Source of the DNA: an uncultured bacterium
GTDB taxonomy: Bacteria > Patescibacteriota > JACMRA01
Reading direction: 5' to 3'
NCBI GenBank assembly: GCA_963704645.1
Contig: OY969926.1
Span: 896,001-960,000 of the forward strand
DNA: 64,000 nucleotides
The notes beneath the pieces are model-generated. The model made no database searches, had not been told where the DNA came from, and saw only the letters and a list, made by a program, of their open reading frames with translations. Positions 1-8,956 of the stretch are shown one piece after another. The position numbers were made by a program, and so were the translations under genes. Every line of letters begins with the position of its first letter. Position 1 is the first letter of the stretch.

Positions 1-1
1 T

Positions 2-376
2 TTAAGTGAATTCGCTGAATATGAAGAAGTTTACGAAGGTAAATTTTACGGAACTTTAAAAGCAGAAATTGCTAGAATTCACAATTTAGGCAAAATCCCA
101 GTTTTTGATATAGATTACGTGGGCGGTTTAAGTTTAAAAAAGTTGTATCCACAGGCCATTGATATATTTTTACTTCCACCAAGCCAAGCAATTTTAGAAC
201 AACGTTTAAGGGGCAGGGGAACAGAAACCGAGCAAGAAATTCAAACCCGTTTAGCTAAGGCCAACCTAGAAATTCAGCATCAAAATGAGTTTACTCACAA
301 ATTAGTTAATAATGAGTGGGAGGAAACTATTGTTGAATTGGATGAGATTTTGAGGAACAAGGAATTGTTGGTTTAA
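2..376 (+). CDS. gmk: Guanylate kinase (5' end outside window)
   Basis: Frame open from window start: EYEEVYEGKFYGT...DIDYVG...IFLLPPS..LEQRLRGRGTE...RLAKA. Confidence 0.93.
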   Translation, partial: LSEFAEYEEVYEGKFYGTLKAEIARIHNLGKIPVFDIDYVGGLSLKKLYPQAIDIFLLPPSQAILEQRLRGRGTETEQEIQTRLAKANLEIQHQNEFTHKLVNNEWEETIVELDEILRNKELLV

Positions 377-433
377 AAATTATTCCATAAATTAAGGCCT
401 GTCTTTCAACAGGCTTTGTAGGGCTTAAGTTTT

Positions 434-682
434 TTATGTGACCCAGTTTAGATCAATTACTTCAGTTAGAAAAACTGGTGTTGGAGAGTTTATACTTGAT
501 TCAATAAGAACACCTCCCTCACAAACAAAATTTCTATTTCTAGCCTCATAATCCAAGAAAACCTCTTCACCAACTTCAGGAGGCTCTCCATATTTTGGAA
601 TGTCAAAGAATACAGGCTGATTATCTGGTGTTACGGTATTAACTTTGATTATATATTGAATAGACATTATATTTTTGTCCAA
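434..682 (-). CDS. Hypothetical small protein (ORFan)
   Basis: 82-aa ORF with protein-like composition; hairpin aggcctgt...acaggct at ~397-415 lies downstream. Confidence 0.55.
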   Translation of the reverse strand: MDKNIMSIQYIIKVNTVTPDNQPVFFDIPKYGEPPEVGEEVFLDYEARNRNFVCEGGVLIESSINSPTPVFLTEVIDLNWVT

Positions 683-954
683 AAAAACAACATACTAATC
701 AACTCACAGATTTACACATTTGTAAAATATAATTTGAAACCAGTGTATTAACATACATTTTTAAGAATAAAAGAAATTGGAACTTAAAGGCTAGATAAAA
801 TTTTGTGCAAAAGCGGGTGGCTAAACAAAATCTTTTTAGAAAAAAGTAAGACAAGCAAATTATGAGGCAGATCTTTGACTTTGTATTTCTTTTGTGCTTA
901 GTTGTAGAGGTATTCTTTGATTTCAATCATTAAAATATATAAGGACAAAGGGTT

Positions 955-1323
955 ATGGGTAAAGCTAAGGTTGAAAAAACACTAAGACTAGTTACAACGG
1001 TAGAAGTACAAAATTGCTTGTCTGAAGACACTTTGTTGGCGGAATTCCAAAAGCTAGACAAAGAAGGATTGGAACAGCTACAGCTTTTGAGAGATTCACT
1101 ATTAGGAGCATTGAGTATTAATAAAAATTTTACTCTACTTTCTGCTTCAGGAATTGTTTTCTATCAGAACATGGAATTCAATTTCAAACTTTTTGAAGAG
1201 TGCTGCCTGAAAATCTCTGGTTTTGAAGAGGAAATCGAAATTCCAATCAAAGCAGGTTTCACATCCACAATTCAATGTCAGCGGGCTAACGGAAGCTACA
1301 CAGCTTATTTAGTTTCCGACTAA
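955..1323 (+). CDS. Hypothetical protein, paralog of 2022..2375
   Basis: Shares GFEE.I.IPI....S....QR.N with 2022..2375; has its own TTGACT promoter and terminator. Confidence 0.75.
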   Translation: MGKAKVEKTLRLVTTVEVQNCLSEDTLLAEFQKLDKEGLEQLQLLRDSLLGALSINKNFTLLSASGIVFYQNMEFNFKLFEECCLKISGFEEEIEIPIKAGFTSTIQCQRANGSYTAYLVSD

Positions 1324-1345
1324 TTAGATCTTTAAGCACTACATT

Positions 1346-1380
1346 TTAGTCTCTTTCCATCTGGACGGAGACTATTTTAA
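1346..1380 (+). terminator. Hairpin terminator, near-identical copy at 2384-2418
   Basis: tagtctctttccatctggacggagactatttt. Confidence 0.7.
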
Positions 1381-1497
1381 TTTATAAAGAATTAAGATTT
1401 AAATTACTTGAAATATGCTCTGCATTTAGGTTTTTATAACGTTTTATATTATTTCCTGTAATTTCTTGACCTCTTCCAGCTTTTTTTAAATGGTTAA

Positions 1498-1956
1498 TTA
1501 GCTTTTTCGGCTTTTATTTTTAATTCTAAGGGGGAATTATTGCTGCAACAACGCAGCCTATCTAAAAAAACTTGGCCTGGGGTTTGGTCGAATTCTTGCT
1601 GCGGTCACCCTACATTGGAAGAAAGTAATGAACAGGCTGCCAAAAGAAGATTGCAATTTGAATTAGGCCTGAATGTAGAAAACCTAAAAGAAGTTGCCTA
1701 TTACAAATACTGTTTTACCAGATTTGGTATTATGGAAAACGAAATTTGCCCAATAGTGGTAGGTTTTACAGACACTTTACCAACACCAAACCCAGACGAG
1801 GTAGAAAGTGTTAAATATATTGCCTGGTCAGAGTTTTTAAAAGAAATTAAAACCAACCCACAAAACTGGTCGGAATGGTGCATAGAAGAAGCCCAAATTT
1901 TGGAAGGGAATAAAGAGTTTTTGGCACAGTACAATGGGTTTGTGGAAGCAAATTAA
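1498..1956 (+). pseudogene. idi: Type 1 isopentenyl-diphosphate isomerase, 5'-truncated
   Basis: LAFSAFIFNSKGELLLQQRS..K.TWPGVWSNSCCGHP, ENEICP and PNPDEV are present; in-frame TAA at 1495-1497 where the HLAFS His should be, and the N-terminal ~30 aa are absent. Confidence 0.8.
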
Positions 1957-2021
1957 ATAAATTTTGACCTTAAGGCTTTTTTATGAATTAATTAATTGTG
2001 TTTTAGATGTAGGTAAATTAA

Positions 2022-2375
2022 ATGGCAGAAAGTTACAAACTAACAAAAAAAGGAAATATTGAGGTTTCGTATCATTTGACTATATACCAAGATGCTATGA
2101 AAGTAGATAAAAATAAGCTTGAAGAGCTTGTTAACTTAATTTATAGTAATCTGAATTGCGATTCTGAAAATTTAAATATTATGTCTGCAGTCGGAATAAT
2201 TTTCTTAGAGGGTAAACCATGGCACTCATTCGAGGCTTTTGGTAATTTCGATATTGTGATTACCGGCTTCGAAGAGGTAATTAAAATTCCAATTAGAAAC
2301 TCCGAAGTTTCATCTTTGATAGTTCAGCGTATTAATGATAATTGTATTGCATTCTTTACTACAACTTACAATTAA
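2022..2375 (+). CDS. Hypothetical protein, paralog of 955..1323
   Basis: GFEEVIKIPI...QRIN; TTGACC promoter at ~1966. Confidence 0.75.
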   Translation: MAESYKLTKKGNIEVSYHLTIYQDAMKVDKNKLEELVNLIYSNLNCDSENLNIMSAVGIIFLEGKPWHSFEAFGNFDIVITGFEEVIKIPIRNSEVSSLIVQRINDNCIAFFTTTYN

Positions 2376-2383
2376 AAAGTTTT

Positions 2384-2418
2384 TAGTCTCTTTCCATCTG
2401 GAGGGAGGCTATTTTAAT
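2384..2418 (+). terminator. Hairpin terminator, copy of 1346-1380
   Basis: tagtctctttccatctggagggaggctatttt. Confidence 0.65.
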
Positions 2419-2555
2419 TTAAGAAATTTTGGGATTAATTGAGGGTTGGGGGTTATATTTTATTTTTTATAATGAGGCATATTTTATACCCGAAATGCGC
2501 CTCTTTCCTTGGACTTTTGTCAAAATTAACTTTTAAAACGCTGCACATAGAATAC

Positions 2556-2586
2556 TTTGACATATTGTATAATATTGTATACAATT
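2556..2586 (+). promoter_or_regulatory. sigma70-like promoter with overlapping operator-like repeats, upstream of TA pair
   Basis: TTGACA followed by atattgtata x2 and the palindrome attgtatacaat. Confidence 0.55.
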
Positions 2587-2614
2587 TAAGCATATTTAAT
2601 AAATTTATATTTTT

Positions 2615-2893
2615 ATGCAAAAAACTACAATTAAAGCTGCGGGTAGGTGGCAAGTTACCCTTCCAAAAAATACTGCTTTAGATAACCGTATTAATAGCCT
2701 TTTAAAAAGATATGAAGGCATGAACTTAACCGAAATTACTAAACTTGCCCTTATTGAACTAGATAAAAAAGAAGCTGAAGAAAATTATCCAATAGATAAA
2801 GTTTTAGATGACTATTACGCTGGAAAACTTAAAACAACCAAAGTTAATTCTAGCAAAGAGCTTGAAGCATTATTAGCTAAAATGGCTGAATAA
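2615..2893 (+). CDS. Putative type II antitoxin
   Basis: Small ORF directly upstream of a RelE-like toxin; C-terminal 'NSSKELEALL' is typical of such antitoxins. Confidence 0.6.
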   Translation: MQKTTIKAAGRWQVTLPKNTALDNRINSLLKRYEGMNLTEITKLALIELDKKEAEENYPIDKVLDDYYAGKLKTTKVNSSKELEALLAKMAE

Positions 2894-2895
2894 TT

Positions 2896-3138
2896 ATGTA
2901 TAGTATAGAATTTTTAAATGATTTCTGGAAAGTATACAATAAACTTGCAAAAGGAAACTCTGTTCTGCAAAAAAAGTTTTTTAATTGTTTAGATAAAATG
3001 GCAGTCGATCCGTTTTATAGTTCTTTAAAAACCCATAAAGTAGATAGTAAAAAATACAAAAATGTATATTCAAGCTGGGTAAGTAGCTATGTTAGAATAA
3101 AATATGGTTTATGGGAAGAAGATTGGCTGAAGTGTTAA
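2896..3138 (+). CDS. RelE/YafQ-superfamily toxin, possibly C-terminally altered
   Basis: F.K.Y.KL...DPFYSSLKTHKV...YSSWV. Confidence 0.7.
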   Translation: MYSIEFLNDFWKVYNKLAKGNSVLQKKFFNCLDKMAVDPFYSSLKTHKVDSKKYKNVYSSWVSSYVRIKYGLWEEDWLKC

Positions 3139-3141
3139 AAT

Positions 3142-3558
3142 CTACCGCACCAAACCTGGTTTCTTTTCAGCTTCCAATAAAACTTTTTTCAACACATCCA
3201 AATTTACACCTTCCAAGCTTTTAATATTTATACAACTTTTGCCAACCTTCACCTTTCCAAGTTCTTTAGCGTGCATTTCGGCAGTATATTCACCATTATT
3301 TAAAGCACAAACATATAAGCTAATATAGTTTTTCTGATTGGCAAGTGAAATTACAGGCCAAGAAAGAACTTGTTTTTTGGAATTAGTATAAGGAAAAGAC
3401 CCATAACCAATCATATTAATGGCAAAATGTGGCTGTAGAGTAGGTACAGTTTGAATTATGAAATTGTGCAAAAATTCAAAATCCGCCTTGCGTTCAGTAG
3501 GCACACCGGCGATGTAATCTGGGATGTTTGTGGCTTTGGAGGGTTTGAACATGTTCAT
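3142..3558 (-). CDS. DUF1801 (YdhG-like) protein
   Basis: MIGYG.F.Y, WPVISLANQKNYISLY, LGKVKVGKSCI. Confidence 0.85.
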   Translation of the reverse strand: MNMFKPSKATNIPDYIAGVPTERKADFEFLHNFIIQTVPTLQPHFAINMIGYGSFPYTNSKKQVLSWPVISLANQKNYISLYVCALNNGEYTAEMHAKELGKVKVGKSCINIKSLEGVNLDVLKKVLLEAEKKPGLVR

Positions 3559-3570
3559 AGCGAAGAAGGG

Positions 3571-4119
3571 TTACTCAAAATTTAAACAAAACAATTCGAG
3601 TAAAATTTTGAATTCTGTGTTTGCAAATAAATGCTTATTTGAATTTATCAACTTCTTTGAAAGTTTTTCATCATAGAAATCTTCGAGAGGAGTGTTATTA
3701 AGTAATTTTTTGAATTTTTCTTTCAGCCTACCACAGTTTTTTCTTTCAAATCCAGATGTATCACCGAAAAATAAGGCCAAATTGATAGCCTCAATGCAAG
3801 GTTCATTTATTACCAGGATTAATTCATGATTTAGACCTTTTTTCTTTTCATTTACAATTTTATCGAAGTCTTCTCTTCTAGCTATCTTGTCACCATCAAG
3901 AACACAATATCGAACATCAAAATCGCCATCTTCACTCAGACAATTATTTAAAATAACTTCAGGCGTAGAACCATTCCCCTGTCTTATGCTAAAACTAGTT
4001 TGATAAACTCTCTGGATCGTTTTTAACAAAACACTCTCACATTTACCCTCAGTAAAAATAAGTATTCGTGGTTTAAATTCAACTCTATGTTCGATTCTAT
4101 ATTCGTGGCTTGGCTCCAT
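3571..4119 (-). CDS. RloB-like (TOPRIM-fold) protein; start uncertain
   Basis: IFTEGKCE, CVLDGD and NEPCIE motifs; overlaps the 3' end of the AAA ATPase. Confidence 0.75.
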   Translation of the reverse strand: MEPSHEYRIEHRVEFKPRILIFTEGKCESVLLKTIQRVYQTSFSIRQGNGSTPEVILNNCLSEDGDFDVRYCVLDGDKIARREDFDKIVNEKKKGLNHELILVINEPCIEAINLALFFGDTSGFERKNCGRLKEKFKKLLNNTPLEDFYDEKLSKKLINSNKHLFANTEFKILLELFCLNFE

Positions 4120-5278
4120 ATGCACCTGCAATATATTTATTATAAAAATTATCATCAGTACGAACCCCCTCAATATCGTTTAGTTTAAAAACTTCTGTTG
4201 ATCCATTAATAATGTTTTTCTCAGCAAAAAATATTTGATTTTTATCTAACTTCTTCATGATTGCTAATGAATGTGAACTAAAAATTAATTGACTTTCTAC
4301 TTCAGAATCAATAAACATATCTATAATTTCTCTTAGAATATCAGGATGTAAAAAAGCCTCTAATTCGTCCATAATTAACGGTGATTTGCTTTTTATTGAA
4401 GCCAATATATACCTCATGACTAAAAGAAGTCTTTTTGTTCCGTTGGAAGAGTAGTTAATATCATTACTGTATATTTTGTCACCAAAATTATGATTTTCAA
4501 CAACATCCTGTATAGTAACACTGTTATCCTGTTCTTCAGTTTTAAATTTAATACTATCAAATCCTAAATCAAACCTTCTCAGCATTTTCTCAACATTTAC
4601 TTTCTCATCAGGAAAAATATGAAAAGAAGCTAAGCTTTCCATAATTTCTAAAGGATTATTACCGCCATAGCCTGTTTCTTGGATATTGGTATTTAAATTA
4701 TTCCAATAATTAAAGATCTCAATTGATTTAGAGTCATTAAACTGCCTACCAATAGCAAGCAAAGAGACGTTTGTTCGATCTAATACTTCAGGCTTGTACG
4801 AAGTAAAACTAAGGTTTGAATCTTTATAAATATATTTTCCTTTATTATAATCCAAGTTCCTACTAAAAATAATTTTTGTTGTCCTTCTTTCATTTACTAG
4901 ACTTTTAGATAATAATTCTTCGCTTATAATTTTTTTCCGTGTAAGCTCAACTTTGTAAGTATACAGCGTTTCCTTAATTGCAAAAGCTACTTCAAAAATT
5001 GTATTTTCATTATTTTCAAAAAAATTTTTAAACGGTAGTAAAGCATCAGGTTCAATATCAAAAGATTTACATATTAGCCATTTAATAAATGCAAAAGACT
5101 TGAGGAAGTTAGTCTTCCCAGATGCATTTGAACCCACAAACATATTTACTTTGGAAATTTTCTCCTGTGCAGACTCAAGATAACTGTTGTTGTAAGGCTC
5201 AGAACGGTCAGATATAAAGCTAACTGCCTGCTCATCTCTTATTGAATAAAAATTTTTAACTTTTAAATAATGAATCAT
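4097..5278 (-). CDS. AAA_21/RloA-like ABC-type ATPase
   Basis: NFYSI, Walker A GSNASGKTN, SNGTKR, Walker B LIMDELEAFLHP, QLIFSSH, C-terminal Y..G.YGA.P. Confidence 0.9.
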   Translation of the reverse strand: MIHYLKVKNFYSIRDEQAVSFISDRSEPYNNSYLESAQEKISKVNMFVGSNASGKTNFLKSFAFIKWLICKSFDIEPDALLPFKNFFENNENTIFEVAFAIKETLYTYKVELTRKKIISEELLSKSLVNERRTTKIIFSRNLDYNKGKYIYKDSNLSFTSYKPEVLDRTNVSLLAIGRQFNDSKSIEIFNYWNNLNTNIQETGYGGNNPLEIMESLASFHIFPDEKVNVEKMLRRFDLGFDSIKFKTEEQDNSVTIQDVVENHNFGDKIYSNDINYSSNGTKRLLLVMRYILASIKSKSPLIMDELEAFLHPDILREIIDMFIDSEVESQLIFSSHSLAIMKKLDKNQIFFAEKNIINGSTEVFKLNDIEGVRTDDNFYNKYIAGAYGAKPRI

Positions 5279-5414
5279 AAATTAATAATAACATTTTTTT
5301 AAAATAAGGTCAATATTTTACAAATGATTGGTTTATTTTACTTTTAAATCTAAAAGAATTATGATTTAAGTTTAATCAACCCTCTTGCATTGCACTTCAT
5401 TTAATGATCATATT

Positions 5415-6095
5415 TTATGACATCATCCCTACATTTTTCATACTAGTATAACCATTTATAGAAACCACAATATGATCTGCAACTGTAATTCCTAAAATCC
5501 TCCCAGCTTCAACAAGCCTTCTTGTGGTTAAAATATCATCATTTGAAGGTGTATGATCCCCTGATGGGTGGTTGTGTGCAACTATTATATGCGAAGAATT
5601 ATACAGAATTGCCTTTTGGAAAACCTCTCTGGGGTGAACTAAACTGGCATTTAGTGTACCAACTGATATTTCATCAACAATAAGTTTATTTTTGGTGTCC
5701 AAATACAGAATTACAAAATTTTCTTTTTTTGAGTTACCAATCTTTGCTTTTAAATAGGCATATACTGCTTCTGGTGAATCTAATAGTGTACTATCTTTGA
5801 TTGCTTCTTTGTTGTATCTAATTAATAATTCATGAAAAAGAATAATAGCAAAAGCATTTGAAGGGCCTATTCCATCCACTTGTTGTAGCTCTTCATTTGA
5901 GGCGCTCAAAACATTTGTTAAGCCTTCAAACTTTGAAATTGCAGCTTTTGCAATTTGTTTGCAATCTTTTCTTGGTGTACCTAAAATTAAAAGTAGTTCA
6001 ACAATTTCATAATCTAAAAAACCTTCTAATCCAGATTGTAAAAGTCTGTCTTTAAGTCTTTGTCTATGTCCTATATTTTTGTTTAATTCATCCAT
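5415..6095 (-). CDS. radC: RadC (HhH + JAB domain) protein
   Basis: GHRQRLK, VHPREVF, AHNHPSGD.TPS..D, DHIVV. Confidence 0.93.
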   Translation of the reverse strand: MDELNKNIGHRQRLKDRLLQSGLEGFLDYEIVELLLILGTPRKDCKQIAKAAISKFEGLTNVLSASNEELQQVDGIGPSNAFAIILFHELLIRYNKEAIKDSTLLDSPEAVYAYLKAKIGNSKKENFVILYLDTKNKLIVDEISVGTLNASLVHPREVFQKAILYNSSHIIVAHNHPSGDHTPSNDDILTTRRLVEAGRILGITVADHIVVSINGYTSMKNVGMMS

Positions 6096-6096
6096 A

Positions 6097-8007
6097 TTAG
6101 TTAATTATGGAAATACCATCTGGTATATCTGAATAATTGCTAACAACTTTTGAGTTATTTTTCAAGTTATTTTTGAAATACTCCCTTGTTTCCTCATCAG
6201 TACAATAAATATAGCAACCCTTCATTCCTCTTGTCATTAAAGTTCTATAGGTATTTTTAATAATCATATCTGCCGTTTCTTTGGCTATTTCTGGGTTTTC
6301 TTTAAGCATCTTTTTATAACCAAAAATAGATTTATCCGTGCTTGCTCGTTTTGAAGCATCAGTAAGTATTTTACCATTTCTAACCATTAAATCTGGCCCA
6401 ATGATAACACCTGCATAATCTAGCTCTAAACCTTGGCAAGTGTGAATGCAACCAACTTCATTAACTGAATTTTTATGTACAATCCAAGCTTGTCCGTGCT
6501 CATTTAAATTCCATTTTGCAGAATAATCATCTATAATAATATCTTTTAATTCTGGTTGGGTTTTGCTAACCCATTTCCAACAATAGCCAGCCAAAATTCT
6601 AGATTTATTATTAAATTCATTTTTTTGAATAATTTTTTCATGAACTGATGAAGGGTTATCAATTACTTGGAAATCATAGTTTACTTCTTCAAGTGTATTA
6701 TTTGCTGTTGGCCTTATTTGTAAAACGTTATCAATCCAAGCTAAATAACCATCTGAACCATTACACCTAAACTGTGAAGCTAACTCAAGGGTATGTACTT
6801 TTGCACCTAAAATTTTTGCCCAACTTACAATTTCAGACTTTTGACCAATATCATTTAGCGTAACCCTTTGATCTTCATCTACGAAGAAAATGCTTAATTT
6901 AGCCGATTTAATAAGCTCCTTCACTTGATTCTCTCCAAGATGATTAAAAAGGCCAGATTTGGCATTTAGCCTGTGTGCTTCATCAACAATTAATGAATCA
7001 AAAGTATTTGGCTCTAAACTATGAAATGATCCAGAAGAACTAAATAAATTCTGAATTCTTGTTTTGGTAAATTTACCAGTTAATTTTACTTGATAAACCT
7101 CCCTAGGTGCTGAATTTTTTGTAACATACTGAGTCGCATCTCCTCTTTTTGTTAATTCTGTAAGTAAATTTATTGCTACAACAGATTTACCTGTTCCGGG
7201 CCCACCTTCAACAATTAAAACATTTTTATTATCTTCAGTTGATTCTTTTGCTAGTTTTAAAGCAGTTTCATAAACCAGTTTTTGCTCATCAATAAGAGTA
7301 AATTCAGCATTGCCATCTAACATTGAAGCAAGGTTGTCTGCCAAGGCTTTAGATGGTCGAATTTTGCCATGTTCTATTAAATAAATTGCATCGCCATTAT
7401 CTCCTTTTTTTACAAACTTCTTTATAAAATCTCTAAGCTTGATTGCGTCAGGCTTTAAAAAAATTGGGGCTCTATCCAGGTACTCTTTATAAAACTTGTT
7501 TGTTATTACTTCATCTGGTTCATAATTATGTAAATATGCACAAGGTGAAAGTAAAATTTCTTCTGTTTGTACATTACTATTATAATCTTCAATAAGACTT
7601 GCGTAAGACCAAACCTGATAAGATGGGTGGCAAACTTCACGAACATTTCCACCAACAAAGGTTTTAACCATGCCGTCTAAATCTGTTATATCCGCTGTCT
7701 CCCACTGTTTTAATTCTACTAATACAACTGACTTTTGCTTATTCTCATTTGTACCTGTTATTATAAAGTCTATCCTTTTGGAGTTTTGAGGAACCTTATA
7801 TTCAATTGCAATCCCTGCATTATCAGGAATTTGAGAATCGGAAATAATCTTGTCCATGTACATCATTGAGTTTTTCCACGAAGCAATCTCTGCCCTTCCA
7901 GTTGCATAACCCATTTCACGAACAAAAGAAGTTAAAATTTCCGTCTCAATTCTATTATTCAGCACATCTTCCATGAATAACTTTTTTGTAGATGAATAAA
8001 TAATCAT
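6097..8007 (-). CDS. DUF2075-family nuclease-helicase (N-terminal PD-(D/E)xK-like domain + SF1-like helicase)
   Basis: EY..P...RIDFII...VELKQW; GGPGTGKS; VDEAHRL; QFRC.G; HTCQGLELDY; YRTLMTRG. Confidence 0.88.
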   Translation of the reverse strand: MIIYSSTKKLFMEDVLNNRIETEILTSFVREMGYATGRAEIASWKNSMMYMDKIISDSQIPDNAGIAIEYKVPQNSKRIDFIITGTNENKQKSVVLVELKQWETADITDLDGMVKTFVGGNVREVCHPSYQVWSYASLIEDYNSNVQTEEILLSPCAYLHNYEPDEVITNKFYKEYLDRAPIFLKPDAIKLRDFIKKFVKKGDNGDAIYLIEHGKIRPSKALADNLASMLDGNAEFTLIDEQKLVYETALKLAKESTEDNKNVLIVEGGPGTGKSVVAINLLTELTKRGDATQYVTKNSAPREVYQVKLTGKFTKTRIQNLFSSSGSFHSLEPNTFDSLIVDEAHRLNAKSGLFNHLGENQVKELIKSAKLSIFFVDEDQRVTLNDIGQKSEIVSWAKILGAKVHTLELASQFRCNGSDGYLAWIDNVLQIRPTANNTLEEVNYDFQVIDNPSSVHEKIIQKNEFNNKSRILAGYCWKWVSKTQPELKDIIIDDYSAKWNLNEHGQAWIVHKNSVNEVGCIHTCQGLELDYAGVIIGPDLMVRNGKILTDASKRASTDKSIFGYKKMLKENPEIAKETADMIIKNTYRTLMTRGMKGCYIYCTDEETREYFKNNLKNNSKVVSNYSDIPDGISIIN

Positions 8008-8009
8008 AT

Positions 8010-8390
8010 TTAATTTAGTTCTGTATATTTTTTTGAAGAACCTACAGTCTTTTCAACTGGATATTTAACTGAATTTTTTTCAATTTTATTTTTAGCAATA
8101 TCAAGTAAATTAACATTTAGAACATCCGCTAAATTGATTAAATAAATCAAAATATCTGCCATCTCTTCCTTTATTCCTGTTATTTTGTCAGTTTTTATTA
8201 AATTTTCAACGTCTTGAGATTTCACCCATTGAAAACACTCCATCAATTCTGCAGCTTCAATTGATATTGAAATTGCTAAATCTTTTGGATTATGAAATTG
8301 TTTCCAATCTCGATCATCACGAAATTTGATGATTTTTTTAACTAATTCGTCATAAGAACTAGCATTAGTATTATTTGAATTTATAGACAT
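8010..8390 (-). CDS. MazG-like nucleotide pyrophosphohydrolase
   Basis: FRDDRDWKQFHNPKDLA.SI..EAAEL.E.FQW, EEMAD, KYP. Confidence 0.92.
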   Translation of the reverse strand: MSINSNNTNASSYDELVKKIIKFRDDRDWKQFHNPKDLAISISIEAAELMECFQWVKSQDVENLIKTDKITGIKEEMADILIYLINLADVLNVNLLDIAKNKIEKNSVKYPVEKTVGSSKKYTELN

Positions 8391-8396
8391 TTAGAG

Positions 8397-8489
8397 CAAC
8401 TAAATTAATACCCTAAAATTACACTTAAACCCTTCCTTTTGGCAAATATGGGTAGTACAAGCTTTGGTCTGAAAATAAACGGTTAAAAG
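8397..8489. repeat. ~93-bp direct repeat copy 1, containing a minus-strand TTGCCA promoter
   Basis: caactaaattaataccctaaaattacacttaaaccct-ccttttggcaaatatgggtag... matches 10126-10218. Confidence 0.9.
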
Positions 8490-8513
8490 ATCTAAACTCT
8501 ATAATACTTAATT

Positions 8514-8954
8514 CTAGCTTTCTTTGCTTAAGGCTTTAAATAATTTAAACAGCCACTCATCGTCAGTATCAGTTTCAGTTATAATTCTTAAAATGAACTC
8601 TTGTAAAAGCTCTTTGTCTATTTTATTTTCAGCCACTTCTACTACAATATTTTCCATTTCAATAAGAAACTTTTCTGCTAGGTTTTTACTAAAATTTAAA
8701 CTAATAAAGTAGGTTCCAAGGGCTAAAGCTGTTCTTTTGTTGCCATCATTAAAACAGTGAAATTTAACCAGTGCAAAAAATAAATGGGTAATTTTATCTA
8801 AAAAATTGGGATAATATATATCGTTTTGGATATGCGTTAAAATGCTTTCTATTTGCCCCAAATCTTTCACACCTTTTAGTCCAGACTCTTTTTCTAAAAT
8901 TCTTGTATGAACAAAAATGGCTTTTTCCAAACTAATATAAACAATTCTTTCCAT
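8514..8954 (-). CDS. Doc/Fic-family toxin
   Basis: HCFNDGNKRTA (Doc-type Fic motif). Confidence 0.9.
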   Translation of the reverse strand: MERIVYISLEKAIFVHTRILEKESGLKGVKDLGQIESILTHIQNDIYYPNFLDKITHLFFALVKFHCFNDGNKRTALALGTYFISLNFSKNLAEKFLIEMENIVVEVAENKIDKELLQEFILRIITETDTDDEWLFKLFKALSKES

Positions 8955-8956
8955 AT

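Noticed and set aside
434-682. Paralogy with 36024..36239 (P..G(E/D).V/I ... TE)
   Set aside because: Similarity too sparse to assert by eye
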